The notes: a model not told the origin generated them from the letters alone. A DNA stretch of 64,000 bases from Acidimicrobiales bacterium (GCA_033344915.1 JAWPML010000001.1:3241736-3305735), one strand, 5' to 3'. Positions 20,424 to 31,349 are shown, numbered from the stretch's first letter. Numbers and translations: made by a program.

Positions 20424-20461
20424 GGCCGCGGTCGATCTATTCCCCCGCCCTCCCCTTCCCT

Positions 20462-20538
20462 GGGATCTCTGGTCACGAAAGGGTCGCATCGACCGCTGAT
20501 TTCGCCGGTGGGCCGACCCTTTCGTGACCAGAGATCCC
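20462..20538. repeat. 77-bp palindromic intergenic element, copy 2
   Basis: Arms GGGATCTCTGGTCACGAAAGGGTCG (20462-20486) and the perfect complement at 20514-20538, with a 27-nt loop. It sits in the divergent region between clpB and the HD-GYP gene. Confidence 0.9.
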
Positions 20539-20596
20539 TTCGGGTCGGTGGCGTCCTGAAGATTCGCGTTTCGCTGTCGACAGGGAACCGGAACGT

Positions 20597-23500
20597 ATGT
20601 CGTCCGAGACCACCACCCGCGCCTGGGCGAGACGCCCACTGATCGCCGGCTTCTTGAAAGTCGTCGTCTTCGTGGTGCCCATCATCTTGTCGATGGCGTT
20701 CATCACGGTCGCCACACGCGTCGTCGCCCGACCGGACACGTGGGTCGCGACGGCCGCCTGGTTCCTCGTCCTGACCGCCGGGGCCACACTCGTGATCGTC
20801 CGAGCCGCGAAGGTCATGCGGCGGGTCCTGCCAGTCGCGACGCTGTTCAACATCTCGCTCGTGTTCCCCGACCAGGCACCGTCACGGTTCTCCGTCGCGA
20901 TGCGGCGCAACACGGTGCGACAACTCCAACGGTCCGTCGATGACGGGACGCTCGACGAACAGACCCCACAGGAGGCCGCCGAGCACCTCCTGCGCCTCGC
21001 CGCCGCGCTCAACGATCACGACCGGCTGACCCGCGGCCACACCGAACGGGTGCGGGCCTACTCACTCATGATCGGCGAGGAGCTCGGGTTGCCCGAGGAC
21101 GAGCTGGCCAAGCTGCACTGGGCGGGGCTCATCCATGACGTCGGCAAGCTCGAGGTGCCGGCCGAGATCCTGACGAAGGACGGCAAGCCGACGGATGAGG
21201 AATGGCGGATCCTCCGCTCGCACCCGGCGCGCGGTGGCGAGTTGGTCGACCCGCTCCGGCCCTGGCTCGGCCAGTGGGCCGACGCCGCGAGCCAACATCA
21301 CGAATGGTTCGACGGCACGGGCTATCCGAACGGTCTCGCCGGAAACGAGATCTCGCTGTCCGGTCGCATCGTCTCCGTTGCCGACGCATTCGACGTCATC
21401 ACCTCCGCCCGGTCGTACAAGCCTCCACACTCCCCGGAGTTCGGCCGCGAGGAACTCACCAAGGGTGCAGGGACCCAGTTCGATCCCGAGATCGTGCGCG
21501 CCTTTCTCAACATCGGCATCGGGAAACTGCGCTTCGTGATGGGTCCGCTTTCCTGGCTCGGCAACCTCGGCGCACTCGGCCAGAGCACGGCGGTGCCCGC
21601 CGTGACCAGCGCCGCCACCGCAGCGGCCACCGTCGTCGCCTCCACCGCACTCGGCCTCATCCCGGCGACCGCCGTTCTCGAACCGGAGCTCGCGGCCCCC
21701 CGGCCGATCGAGCGCGCCGTCGACGAGCCGACGACCACCACGACAACCACGACCACCATCGTCGAGACCACCACGACAACCACGACGACCGTGCCGTTCG
21801 AGGGCGTCGACCTGGTCCTCGAAGCGGTGGCCGGCGCGCCCGCCACCGTGGACGTCGCCGGTGCGTACCCCGGCGAAGAGGTGGTCGTGACGATCCTCGA
21901 GCCGCCGACCGAGGGCATCCTGGTGATCGACGAGAACGGCGTGGCGATCTTCCTGGCGCCGCCCGAGTTCGCCGGCACCGTCAACGCCGAGGTGCGCGTC
22001 TGTCGCGCCGACGGCGACTGTGTCGACGCCACCATCGAGATCATCGTGAGTCCCTGGGACGGCTCGCCCGTTCCGATGGACGACACCGCGGCCACCGTCG
22101 AGGACGTGTCCGTCACCGTCGATGTCACCGCGAACGACGCGTCGCTCGACGGGTCGCCGCTCACCGTGACGGCCATCGAACGGGTCGGCGGGTGGAGTGG
22201 CGACTCGGCGTCGATCGTCGCCAACCGGGTCGTCTACGTGCCCGCGCCGAACGCATCCGGCGCGGTGGAACTCGCGTACACCGTGGAGAACGACACCGAG
22301 CGCACGGCCGACGGCACGATCTCGATCGACGTCGCCGCGGTGAACGACGCGCCGACGTTCGCAGGCGCCGGCGACGTCATCGTGAATGAGGACAGCGGCC
22401 CCTACTCGGCAATCTGGGCCTCGGCCATCAGCGCAGGCCCGACGAACGAGTCGTCCCAGTCCGTCTCGTTCACGGTGTCGGTCGACGACCCCTCGCTCTT
22501 CTCCGGCGCGGTCGCCCTCGACGGCAACGGGCGACTGACCTTCACCCCTCGCGCGGAGACGGTGGGATCGAGTCTCGTGCGGGTGACGCTGCGCGACAAC
22601 GGTGGCACCGCCGACGGCGGCGACGACAGCTCCGCGGAAGTCCGGTTCCGCATCAAGATCGGCGACGTCAACGATCCGCCGGATCCCGGCGACGACCAGA
22701 TCGAAACGCCCGAGGACACGCAGATCACGTTCGACGTGCTCACCAACGACACCGACATCGACGGCGACCCGATCACGTTCGTGTCGTACTCCGGCGACGG
22801 CGGGAGTCTCGGGGTGCTCGCGTCCCTCGGTGGCGGTGACTTCACGTTCAAGCCGGCGCTGAACGCGACCGGCAGCACCACGTTCACCTACGAGGTGTCG
22901 GATGGTGCCGGCGGGTCCGGGTCGGCCACGGTGACGCTGACGGTGACGCCGGTGAACGATGCGCCGGTCGCGTCGGACGACGGCTACTCGGGGGACGAGG
23001 ACGATTCGATCGTCGTCGCCGCCCCGGGCCTGCTCGGCAACGACACCGACGTCGACAGCGCGACCCTGACGGTGCAGACCTCGCCGGTGAGTGGACCGTC
23101 GAACGGGACGCTCTCGCTCTCGAGCAACGGCTCGTTCACCTACACCCCTGATCCCGGGTGGGACGGCACGGACAGCTTCGTCTACCGGACGGTCGACGAC
23201 GGCGGCTTGACCGACACGGCCACGGTCACGCTGCAGATCGACCCGGTCATCACCTCCCTGCAGCTCTACTTCGGTGACGCCGGCTCGTCGGCGAGCGACT
23301 ACGACCTGGTCTCGTCTCCGCCCGCGGCCGCCAACCCCGAACCCGACGTGGACGGGGACGGCGACGACGGCCTGCGGATCGACAAGACCGACAAGGGCCT
23401 GCTCGAGGCCGACGGGGACAAGTACCAGACCTGGAGCTACACGGTTCCCTCCGGCGGCCTCGATCTGCAGGGAACCGCGACCGTGCAACTCTGGTCGGCG

Positions 23501-23779
23501 CTGAAGGACTTCGACGACGAGAAGGACGTCCACGCCTACGTCTGGCTGCTGGACTGCGCAGGCTCGAGCTGCACGACCATCGCCTCGGCCGACCGCTTCG
23601 AGGCCGAGTGGGTCCCCGAGGGCGGCACCTGGGTCTACGACGAACTCACCTTCGCGTCCATCGACTACACGATCGCGGCCGGCCGCGAGCTCCGGCTCCG
23701 CCTCCAGTTCGACCACGAGGACATGTGGGTCGCGATGTCGGGCGGACGCCCGAGCGGCCTCTTCCTCAATCTCGGCTGA
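20597..23779 (+). CDS. Membrane HD-GYP domain protein fused to a Thr-rich linker and cadherin-like/VCBS-type repeats
   Basis: 1060 aa. Two N-terminal TM helices are followed by HD-GYP motifs (HTERV, HDVGK, HHEWFDGTGYPNGL, DAFDVITSARSY). A hydrophobic segment around aa 310-360 and a poly-Thr stretch come next. Repeats with VNDAP / VNDPP / TNDTDIDGDPITF / LLGNDTDVDSATL follow, and a beta-rich domain closes the protein. Confidence 0.8.
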   Translation: MSSETTTRAWARRPLIAGFLKVVVFVVPIILSMAFITVATRVVARPDTWVATAAWFLVLTAGATLVIVRAAKVMRRVLPVATLFNISLVFPDQAPSRFSVAMRRNTVRQLQRSVDDGTLDEQTPQEAAEHLLRLAAALNDHDRLTRGHTERVRAYSLMIGEELGLPEDELAKLHWAGLIHDVGKLEVPAEILTKDGKPTDEEWRILRSHPARGGELVDPLRPWLGQWADAASQHHEWFDGTGYPNGLAGNEISLSGRIVSVADAFDVITSARSYKPPHSPEFGREELTKGAGTQFDPEIVRAFLNIGIGKLRFVMGPLSWLGNLGALGQSTAVPAVTSAATAAATVVASTALGLIPATAVLEPELAAPRPIERAVDEPTTTTTTTTTIVETTTTTTTTVPFEGVDLVLEAVAGAPATVDVAGAYPGEEVVVTILEPPTEGILVIDENGVAIFLAPPEFAGTVNAEVRVCRADGDCVDATIEIIVSPWDGSPVPMDDTAATVEDVSVTVDVTANDASLDGSPLTVTAIERVGGWSGDSASIVANRVVYVPAPNASGAVELAYTVENDTERTADGTISIDVAAVNDAPTFAGAGDVIVNEDSGPYSAIWASAISAGPTNESSQSVSFTVSVDDPSLFSGAVALDGNGRLTFTPRAETVGSSLVRVTLRDNGGTADGGDDSSAEVRFRIKIGDVNDPPDPGDDQIETPEDTQITFDVLTNDTDIDGDPITFVSYSGDGGSLGVLASLGGGDFTFKPALNATGSTTFTYEVSDGAGGSGSATVTLTVTPVNDAPVASDDGYSGDEDDSIVVAAPGLLGNDTDVDSATLTVQTSPVSGPSNGTLSLSSNGSFTYTPDPGWDGTDSFVYRTVDDGGLTDTATVTLQIDPVITSLQLYFGDAGSSASDYDLVSSPPAAANPEPDVDGDGDDGLRIDKTDKGLLEADGDKYQTWSYTVPSGGLDLQGTATVQLWSALKDFDDEKDVHAYVWLLDCAGSSCTTIASADRFEAEWVPEGGTWVYDELTFASIDYTIAAGRELRLRLQFDHEDMWVAMSGGRPSGLFLNLG

Positions 23780-23797
23780 CCTCTCCCGTCCCAAGAA

Positions 23798-23872
23798 GGA
23801 TCTCTGGTCACGAAAGGGTCGAAGGCGGGCGCTCGTTCCCCGATGTGGCGACCCCTTCGTGACCAGAGATCC
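23798..23872. repeat. 77-bp-class palindromic intergenic element, copy 3
   Basis: Left arm GGATCTCTGGTCACGAAAGGGTCG (23798-23821) pairs with 23849-23872 with a single A.C mismatch. The loop is 27 nt. It lies between the convergent HD-GYP and hspR stops. Confidence 0.9.
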
Positions 23873-23894
23873 CCCGCAGGGCAGGGCAGGGGGG

Positions 23895-24281
23895 TCAGCT
23901 GCGGCGCTGACGCTTGTAGAGGGTGACGCTGCGGTTCGGGACGGGGACCAGATCGCGGCGGTACTGCCGGTGGACCTGGTCGGCCGCGGTGTCGGCCTGC
24001 CGGCGGGCAGCCGAGAGCTGACCCTCGAGTTCGGCGACGCGCGCCTCGAGCGCGAGCACGCGCTTCACCCCGGCCAGGTTGAGTCCGTCGTTCGTGAGCT
24101 CCTGGATGCGCTGGAGCAGGGCGATGTCGGCGTCGCTGTAGCGGCGGCTGCCACCACCGGTGCGGGCCGGATCGACCAGTCCCTTGCGTTCGTAGATACG
24201 CAGCGTCTGGGGGTGCACGCCGGCGAGCTCCGCGGCGACGGAGATCACGTAGACGGCTCGATGGAAGCGTTCGTTGTCCAT
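23895..24281 (-). CDS. hspR: MerR-family heat-shock repressor HspR
   Basis: The track ORF is trimmed to the ATG at 24281, giving 128 aa. The MerR HTH is YVISVAAELAGVHPQTLRIYERKGLV. It is the last gene of the dnaK operon. Confidence 0.85.
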   Translation of the reverse strand: MDNERFHRAVYVISVAAELAGVHPQTLRIYERKGLVDPARTGGGSRRYSDADIALLQRIQELTNDGLNLAGVKRVLALEARVAELEGQLSAARRQADTAADQVHRQYRRDLVPVPNRSVTLYKRQRRS

Positions 24282-24283
24282 GG

Positions 24284-25405
24284 TCAGACTCCCAGATGGG
24301 CTCGGGGCGATTCTCGCGTGGCTTCGGCCAGCGCCTCGACTGCCGCTCGTTGTTCGCTGGTCAGGTTGGACGGGACGGCGACGACGACGGTGGCCAGCAG
24401 GTCGCCGTCGCCACCCTTGCCTCGCAGCCGGAAGGTCTTGCCGGTGGCGGTGCCGGGCGGGATCTTGATCGTGACCGGGTCGCCGCCGAGGGTCGGCACC
24501 TTCACCTTCGCACCGAGGGCAGCCTCGCTGAAGGTGATGGGGACATCGATGGTGAGGTCCTTGCCGCTGCGGCCGAAGAGCGGATGATCGGCGACGGTCA
24601 CGTGCACGAAGAGGTCGCCGGGCGGACCGCCGAGACGACCGGGCCCGCCGCGCCCCTTCAGTCGGATCTTCTGGCCGGACTTCACCCCCGCGGGGATGCG
24701 GACCTTGACGTCGCGGGGACGTACCTCGACCCCGATGCCCTGACACGTGCGGCACGGATCGGTGATGATCGCGCCGCGCCCACCGCAGGCGGTACAGGGC
24801 CGGCTGAAGCTGAACAGACCCTGGTTCTCGTCCTGCACGCCCTTCCCGTTGCAGACGGCACAGGTCTCGGGCGTGGACCCGGGATTCGAACCACTGCCCG
24901 AGCAGGTCGAACAGGTCGCCTCACTGGTCAGTGTGATGGTGGTCTCGAGCCCGTTCACGGCATCGTCGAAGTCAAGGGTGAGGTCGGCCTCGAGGTCGAC
25001 CCCCCGCTCGCCCCTGGTCTGCTGCTGGGCACCGCGACCGCCGCGACCGCCGCGGCCGAAGAGGCCGCCGAGCAGATCGCCGATGTCGTCGAAGCCGACG
25101 TTGAAGCCGGGACCTCCGGGGCCGCCGGGCCCGCCGGGGCCCCCGAACCCGCCGGCCATCGGACCCATGCGCCGCACCTCGTCGTAGCGCTTGCGCTTCT
25201 CCTCGTCGCCGATGACGTCGTAGGCGGAGGAGACCTCCTTGAAGCGGGTCTCGGCCTTCGCGTCGCCGGGGTTCGCGTCGGGGTGCAGTTCGCGGGCGAG
25301 CTTGCGGTACGCCTTGGTGATGTCCTTCGCGGACGCCTTCTCGGAGACACCCAACGTCTTGTAGTAGTCCTTCTCGAACCACTCCTTCTGCGGTTCAGCT
25401 GACAT
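24284..25405 (-). CDS. dnaJ: Chaperone DnaJ
   Basis: J domain (DYYKTLGV..HPD), a G/F-rich region, and a Zn-finger with four CxxCxGxG-type repeats. Confidence 0.95.
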   Translation of the reverse strand: MSAEPQKEWFEKDYYKTLGVSEKASAKDITKAYRKLARELHPDANPGDAKAETRFKEVSSAYDVIGDEEKRKRYDEVRRMGPMAGGFGGPGGPGGPGGPGFNVGFDDIGDLLGGLFGRGGRGGRGAQQQTRGERGVDLEADLTLDFDDAVNGLETTITLTSEATCSTCSGSGSNPGSTPETCAVCNGKGVQDENQGLFSFSRPCTACGGRGAIITDPCRTCQGIGVEVRPRDVKVRIPAGVKSGQKIRLKGRGGPGRLGGPPGDLFVHVTVADHPLFGRSGKDLTIDVPITFSEAALGAKVKVPTLGGDPVTIKIPPGTATGKTFRLRGKGGDGDLLATVVVAVPSNLTSEQRAAVEALAEATRESPRAHLGV

Positions 25406-25458
25406 GGGTCACCTCCTCTCGGGAGAACGTACGCAGGGGGTCAGACCCCCGTACTTTC

Positions 25459-26000
25459 TCAGCCCTTCACCTTGACCATGGCGGCCCGAAGCACCCGGCC
25501 GTTCCACGCGTAGCCGGTGCGGAGGACCTCCTCGACCACGGCCACGTCCTGACCCTCGTCACCCGGCTCGCTCATCGCGGCCTCGTGGCGATTCGGATCG
25601 AAGGGCTCGCCCTCGTCCTCGATCACCTCGAGCCCCGATGTCTGGAGCACGTTCTTCAGCTGCGCCGCGATCGGCTCGACGCCCTCGACGCCCTGTTGGG
25701 CCGCCGCGTCACACGCGTCGAGCACCGGCAGGAGTGCCTCCGCCACGCGTGACCCGGCCTGGGCGGCCATGTCGGCGCGGCGCTTCTCGGTCTGCTTGCG
25801 GAAGTTCGCGAAGTCGGCACCGGTGCGCTGGAGATCCGCGAGGTGCTGGTCGCGCTCGGCCGTGACGGTCTCGAGCGTGGCGAGCAGACCCTCGACCGAC
25901 ACCTCATCGAAGGACTCGCCGACCGGGGAGGGCGGGGGGGACGCACGCTCCCCGGTCGACTCGTCCAGATCCGGGTCCTCGACGGAGCGACCCTCGTCGG

Positions 26001-26004
<4 letters not shown>
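25459..26004 (-). CDS. grpE: Nucleotide exchange factor GrpE
   Basis: 181 aa. The GTG start overlaps the dnaK stop in a GTGA. GrpE signatures are [11 protein letters not shown] and [14 protein letters not shown]. Confidence 0.9.
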
Positions 26005-27836
<1,832 letters not shown>

Positions 27837-27921
27837 GCGAGAGGTGTCCTTCGTGAGGTTTCCGGGGGATGTTCAGGTGTCTGAACCGCACCATAGCGGG
27901 GGAAATTCCCATCGACACCGA

Positions 27922-27948
27922 AAAGTTGAGTGTGAGTGTATCAACTTT
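27922..27948 (-). promoter_or_regulatory. HAIR-like inverted repeat upstream of dnaK
   Basis: AAAGTTGAGTGTGAGTGTATCAACTTT has perfect outer 8-bp arms AAAGTTGA/TCAACTTT. It shares AAAGTTGAGTGT with the clpB site. It lies 86-112 nt upstream of the dnaK ATG. Confidence 0.55.
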
Positions 27949-27963
27949 CGGCCTTGGGCCGAT

Positions 27964-29340
27964 TCAGCCCCGCATCTCGCGATAGTCGCGAGCACCGCCC
28001 TCTTCGGGCTCGATCTCGAGGAAGAGACCCTCGATCGCCACGACCCGGACCGGATCGCCGGCCAGGATCGGCGTGGTGCGGTTCACCATCGCCCGCCAGG
28101 GGGCGCCGTCGATCATCACGACGCCGTCCTTCTTCACCTCGGTGACGGCCTCGCCCATCATGCCGACCATCCACTCGCGGCCGATCGTGGGCGTGCCGAA
28201 GCGTGTCCGAACCATCGACGGCATGCCGTTCACCATCGAGAGGGCGACGCCGATGATGCCGACCAGCAGCGTGATCCACGAGATGGCGAAGCCGTCGTAG
28301 AGGAACAGCGAGCCGACGATCAGACAGCCCGTGGCGATCACGGACCACGCCCGCGGGACCCCCGATTGCACGTCGATCGCGTAGCCGAGCATCGCGATCA
28401 CGAGCAGCGCCAGCGCCCATCCGCGCGTCGGCAGCACCTCGAGGCCGTAGCAGCCGAGGATGAAACAGACGGCGCCGACGACACCGGCCACACCGATCCC
28501 GGCCGTGTAGAACTCGAACACCAGCAGGCTGGCTCCGATCAGGAAGAGCAGGTAGGCCATCGCCGGGCTGGCGACGCTGTGCATCCAGCCCTTGAACAGC
28601 GACAGCTTGCGGAGACGCACCGGCGACGCGATCTCGCGGACCGGCTCCTCGCCGGACGTGGTGTCCACGATGCTCTCGAACCCGGGCAGTTCGTCGCCCA
28701 CCGCGGGACCGAGCGCGAACAGGGCGAGCGTGGGCGACTCGTGGTCGATGAGCCCGAGGTCGATCGCGTCGAGATCGGAGATGGTCGTGTCCTCCAGCCC
28801 TTCGAGCAGCTCGGCGCGGCCCGCCGGGAGGTAGTCGGTGACCACCAACTCGCCGGTGTTGCCGAACGACGCGAACGAGGCGATGCCGATCTGGTCCGTG
28901 ACGGCCATCAGCTGGGCCATCCCGCCCTGCGCGGTCGCATGGCTGGGACCGGCCCATCCGTAGACCGGCACGTCCGCGTCGTGGATGCGCATCGCGAGCT
29001 CGACGAGCCGGGCGTCGCTGATCACCGAGGCGGAGCTGTTGACCTGGAGGATGACGCCGCCGGAACCGAGCGACTCCGCGTCGGCGATCGACTGCTCGAT
29101 GAAGTCGGCGTTGATCTCGTCGAGGAACCCGGACACCTGGACGATGTCGAACACGGCCGCATCGGAGCCGGTGGTCTGGGCGTTGGCCGGGGGCGAGAGC
29201 GCGAGAATGCCGAACGCCAGGCCGATGAACGTGAGCGCTAGCGTGATGCGGCGGCGCACACTGCGTGCCCCGACGCGGTGCCGCCGAGCAACGTGCCCAT
29301 GCTTCGAGGAGGGGAATGGATCCCGGTCAGTTCTTCGCAT
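27964..29340 (-). CDS. NfeD-family membrane serine protease (ClpP-like N-domain, TM core, C-terminal OB domain)
   Basis: The signal/TM segment is ITLALTFIGLAFGILAL and the ClpP-class domain reads VSGFLDEINADF..GGVILQVNS. Several TM helices follow, then the NfeD OB tail GMMGEAVTEV..G.VMIDGAPWRA. The start is uncertain: the ATG at 29340 has a GAGGA RBS but overlaps the divergent gene by 25 nt, and the GTG at 29259 is the alternative. Confidence 0.75.
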   Translation of the reverse strand: MRRTDRDPFPSSKHGHVARRHRVGARSVRRRITLALTFIGLAFGILALSPPANAQTTGSDAAVFDIVQVSGFLDEINADFIEQSIADAESLGSGGVILQVNSSASVISDARLVELAMRIHDADVPVYGWAGPSHATAQGGMAQLMAVTDQIGIASFASFGNTGELVVTDYLPAGRAELLEGLEDTTISDLDAIDLGLIDHESPTLALFALGPAVGDELPGFESIVDTTSGEEPVREIASPVRLRKLSLFKGWMHSVASPAMAYLLFLIGASLLVFEFYTAGIGVAGVVGAVCFILGCYGLEVLPTRGWALALLVIAMLGYAIDVQSGVPRAWSVIATGCLIVGSLFLYDGFAISWITLLVGIIGVALSMVNGMPSMVRTRFGTPTIGREWMVGMMGEAVTEVKKDGVVMIDGAPWRAMVNRTTPILAGDPVRVVAIEGLFLEIEPEEGGARDYREMRG

Positions 29341-30254
29341 CGTCGCGGGTCCTCATCGTGGCGGGGAAGGGCGGAGTCGGGAAGAGCACAGCCTCGGCGA
29401 CCCTCGCCCTGGCTGCGGCACGAACCGGTCTGTCGGTCCTCCTCGTGGAGGTGGCGGGCCGATCCGCGGCGGCACCGATGTTCGGTACCGACGCACAAGG
29501 CTACGACGCGACGACCATTTACAACGAGGCGGACGGCGGTTCCGTCGCCACCCGTTCGATCACCCCTGATCGGGCCCTCGTCGAATGGCTGGCGACGCAC
29601 GGTTTCAAGGCCATCGCGAAGCGCATGGCGAAGAGCGGGATCCTCGAGATCGTCGCCACCGCGACACCGGGCATCAAGGATCTGCTCGTCCTCGGCCGCA
29701 TCAAGGCGCTCGAGCAGCAGAGCGACGCCGATCTGATCATCGTCGACGCGCCCGCGGCCGGGCACGCGGTGCAGTTCCTCCAAGCGCCCGCCGGGGTGCG
29801 CGACGCGGCGCGCACCGGCGTGCTCAACCGGCAGGCGGTCGAGGTACTCGAGATGCTGCAGTATCCGGCCCGGTGCCGGGCGATGCTCGTGAGCATCCCC
29901 GAGGAGACGCCGATGAACGAGTTGATCGAGACGTCGTTCGCGATCGAGGAGGACGTCGGTGTCGCCCTGGGCCCAGTCGTGATCAACGGGATCCTGCCCG
30001 CCGTCGACGGACTCGACGCGACCCCGCCGGCCTCACTCGGCCCCGCCGAGCAGGACGACCTCCGACGTGCCGCCGACTTCCGGCGTGACCGGATCGCGCT
30101 CCAGACCGAACAACTCGACCGGGTCGCGGCCCGGCTTCCGCTCGCCCAGATCCGTCTCCCCCAGCTGTTCGCCGCCTCCCTCGGGCCGGACGAGATCGCC
30201 CGGCTGGCGGACGCGGCCGTCGACTCGCTCACCGCACTGGAGGACTGGGCGTGA
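29316..30254 (+). CDS. ArsA/Get3-like P-loop ATPase, subunit 1
   Basis: ATG at 29316 with a GAGGAGGGG RBS. The deviant Walker A is VAGKGGVGKST. Confidence 0.8.
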   Translation: MDPGQFFASSRVLIVAGKGGVGKSTASATLALAAARTGLSVLLVEVAGRSAAAPMFGTDAQGYDATTIYNEADGGSVATRSITPDRALVEWLATHGFKAIAKRMAKSGILEIVATATPGIKDLLVLGRIKALEQQSDADLIIVDAPAAGHAVQFLQAPAGVRDAARTGVLNRQAVEVLEMLQYPARCRAMLVSIPEETPMNELIETSFAIEEDVGVALGPVVINGILPAVDGLDATPPASLGPAEQDDLRRAADFRRDRIALQTEQLDRVAARLPLAQIRLPQLFAASLGPDEIARLADAAVDSLTALEDWA

Positions 30255-31333
30255 GCTACCGGGACCTCGTCGAGCAACGCGACGTCATCGTCTGCTGCGG
30301 CACCGGTGGCGTCGGCAAGACCACCACCGCGGCCGCGACCGCGATGGCCGCGGCGCAGATGGGGCGGCGGGCGGCCGTCGTCACCATCGACCCGGCCAAG
30401 CGGCTCGCCGACGCCCTCGGGATCGGCGCGTTGACGAACGACCCGACCGTGATCGACGGCCCCTGGCCCGGCACCCTCGCCGCGCTGATGCTCGACACGA
30501 AGGCCACGTTCGACGACGTCGTCCGCCGTCACGCGGCCGACGACACGCAGGTCGATCGCATCCTCGACAACCGCTTCTACGTCAACGTCTCCACGAGCCT
30601 GTCCGGCACGCAGGACTACATGGCGGTGGAGAAGCTCGCCGAGCTGCACGCGTCGGGCGACTGGGACCTCGTGGTCGTCGACACGCCGCCGACCCGCGAC
30701 GCGCTCGCGTTCCTCGAGGCGCCGAAGCTGCTCACCCGGCTGCTGGACAACGCCATCTACAAGCTGGTGATCAGCCCCCAGCGGGGCGTCCTGCGAGCGG
30801 TGAACCGGGCGGCCAGCAGCGTGGTCCGCCAGCTCTCGCGGGTGGTCGGCGCCGATGTCGTGGACGACGCCATCGAGTTCTTCCAGGCGTTCCAGGGGAT
30901 GGAGGAGGGGTTCAAGGAACGGGCCGACGCGACGCTCTCGTTGCTCGGTGCCGATGCGACCGCCTTCGTCCTCGTGGCGTCACCGCGGGCCGACACGCTG
31001 AGCGAGGCCAAGTACTTCCTCGATCGACTCGGCGCGGCGGACATGCGGGCCGCCGCGATCGTGGTGAACCGGATGCTGCCGGCGCTCTCGGTCGACGTCG
31101 ACCGCGCCGCCGAACTCCGTTCGACGCTGGCCGACACCGACGCGGCCGGGCTCGGCGTCGCCCTCGCCGATCATGCCGCGGCGGCCGCCGGAGACGAGGA
31201 TCGTGTGGGTGAGCTCCTCGCCACCGCGCCGGACGCCATGCTCGCGCGGGTGCCCCTGCTCCCGAGCGACGTCCACGACGTGGAAACCCTCACCCAGATC
31301 GCCGCCATCCTCACCGCTTCAACTGGGGTCTGA
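30251..31333 (+). CDS. ArsA/Get3-like P-loop ATPase, subunit 2
   Basis: The GTG start overlaps the upstream stop in a GTGA. Motifs are CCGTGGVGKTT and IDPAKRLADALG. Confidence 0.8.
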   Translation: MSYRDLVEQRDVIVCCGTGGVGKTTTAAATAMAAAQMGRRAAVVTIDPAKRLADALGIGALTNDPTVIDGPWPGTLAALMLDTKATFDDVVRRHAADDTQVDRILDNRFYVNVSTSLSGTQDYMAVEKLAELHASGDWDLVVVDTPPTRDALAFLEAPKLLTRLLDNAIYKLVISPQRGVLRAVNRAASSVVRQLSRVVGADVVDDAIEFFQAFQGMEEGFKERADATLSLLGADATAFVLVASPRADTLSEAKYFLDRLGAADMRAAAIVVNRMLPALSVDVDRAAELRSTLADTDAAGLGVALADHAAAAAGDEDRVGELLATAPDAMLARVPLLPSDVHDVETLTQIAAILTASTGV

Positions 31334-31349
31334 CCCCAGCTGAAGCGCG

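Noticed and set aside
21062-23794. A 910-aa minus-strand ORF opposite the HD-GYP/cadherin gene.
   Set aside because: The translation is Arg/Gly/Asp/Val-rich with no motifs. The plus-strand frame carries intact HD-GYP and repeat signatures.
31324-31340. The palindrome CTGGGGTC-T-GACCCCAG spans the stop of the second ArsA-like gene and could be a bidirectional terminator.
   Set aside because: A 1-nt loop is sterically impossible, so the effective stem is only about 6 bp. There is no T-tract on either strand. The evidence is too weak to annotate.
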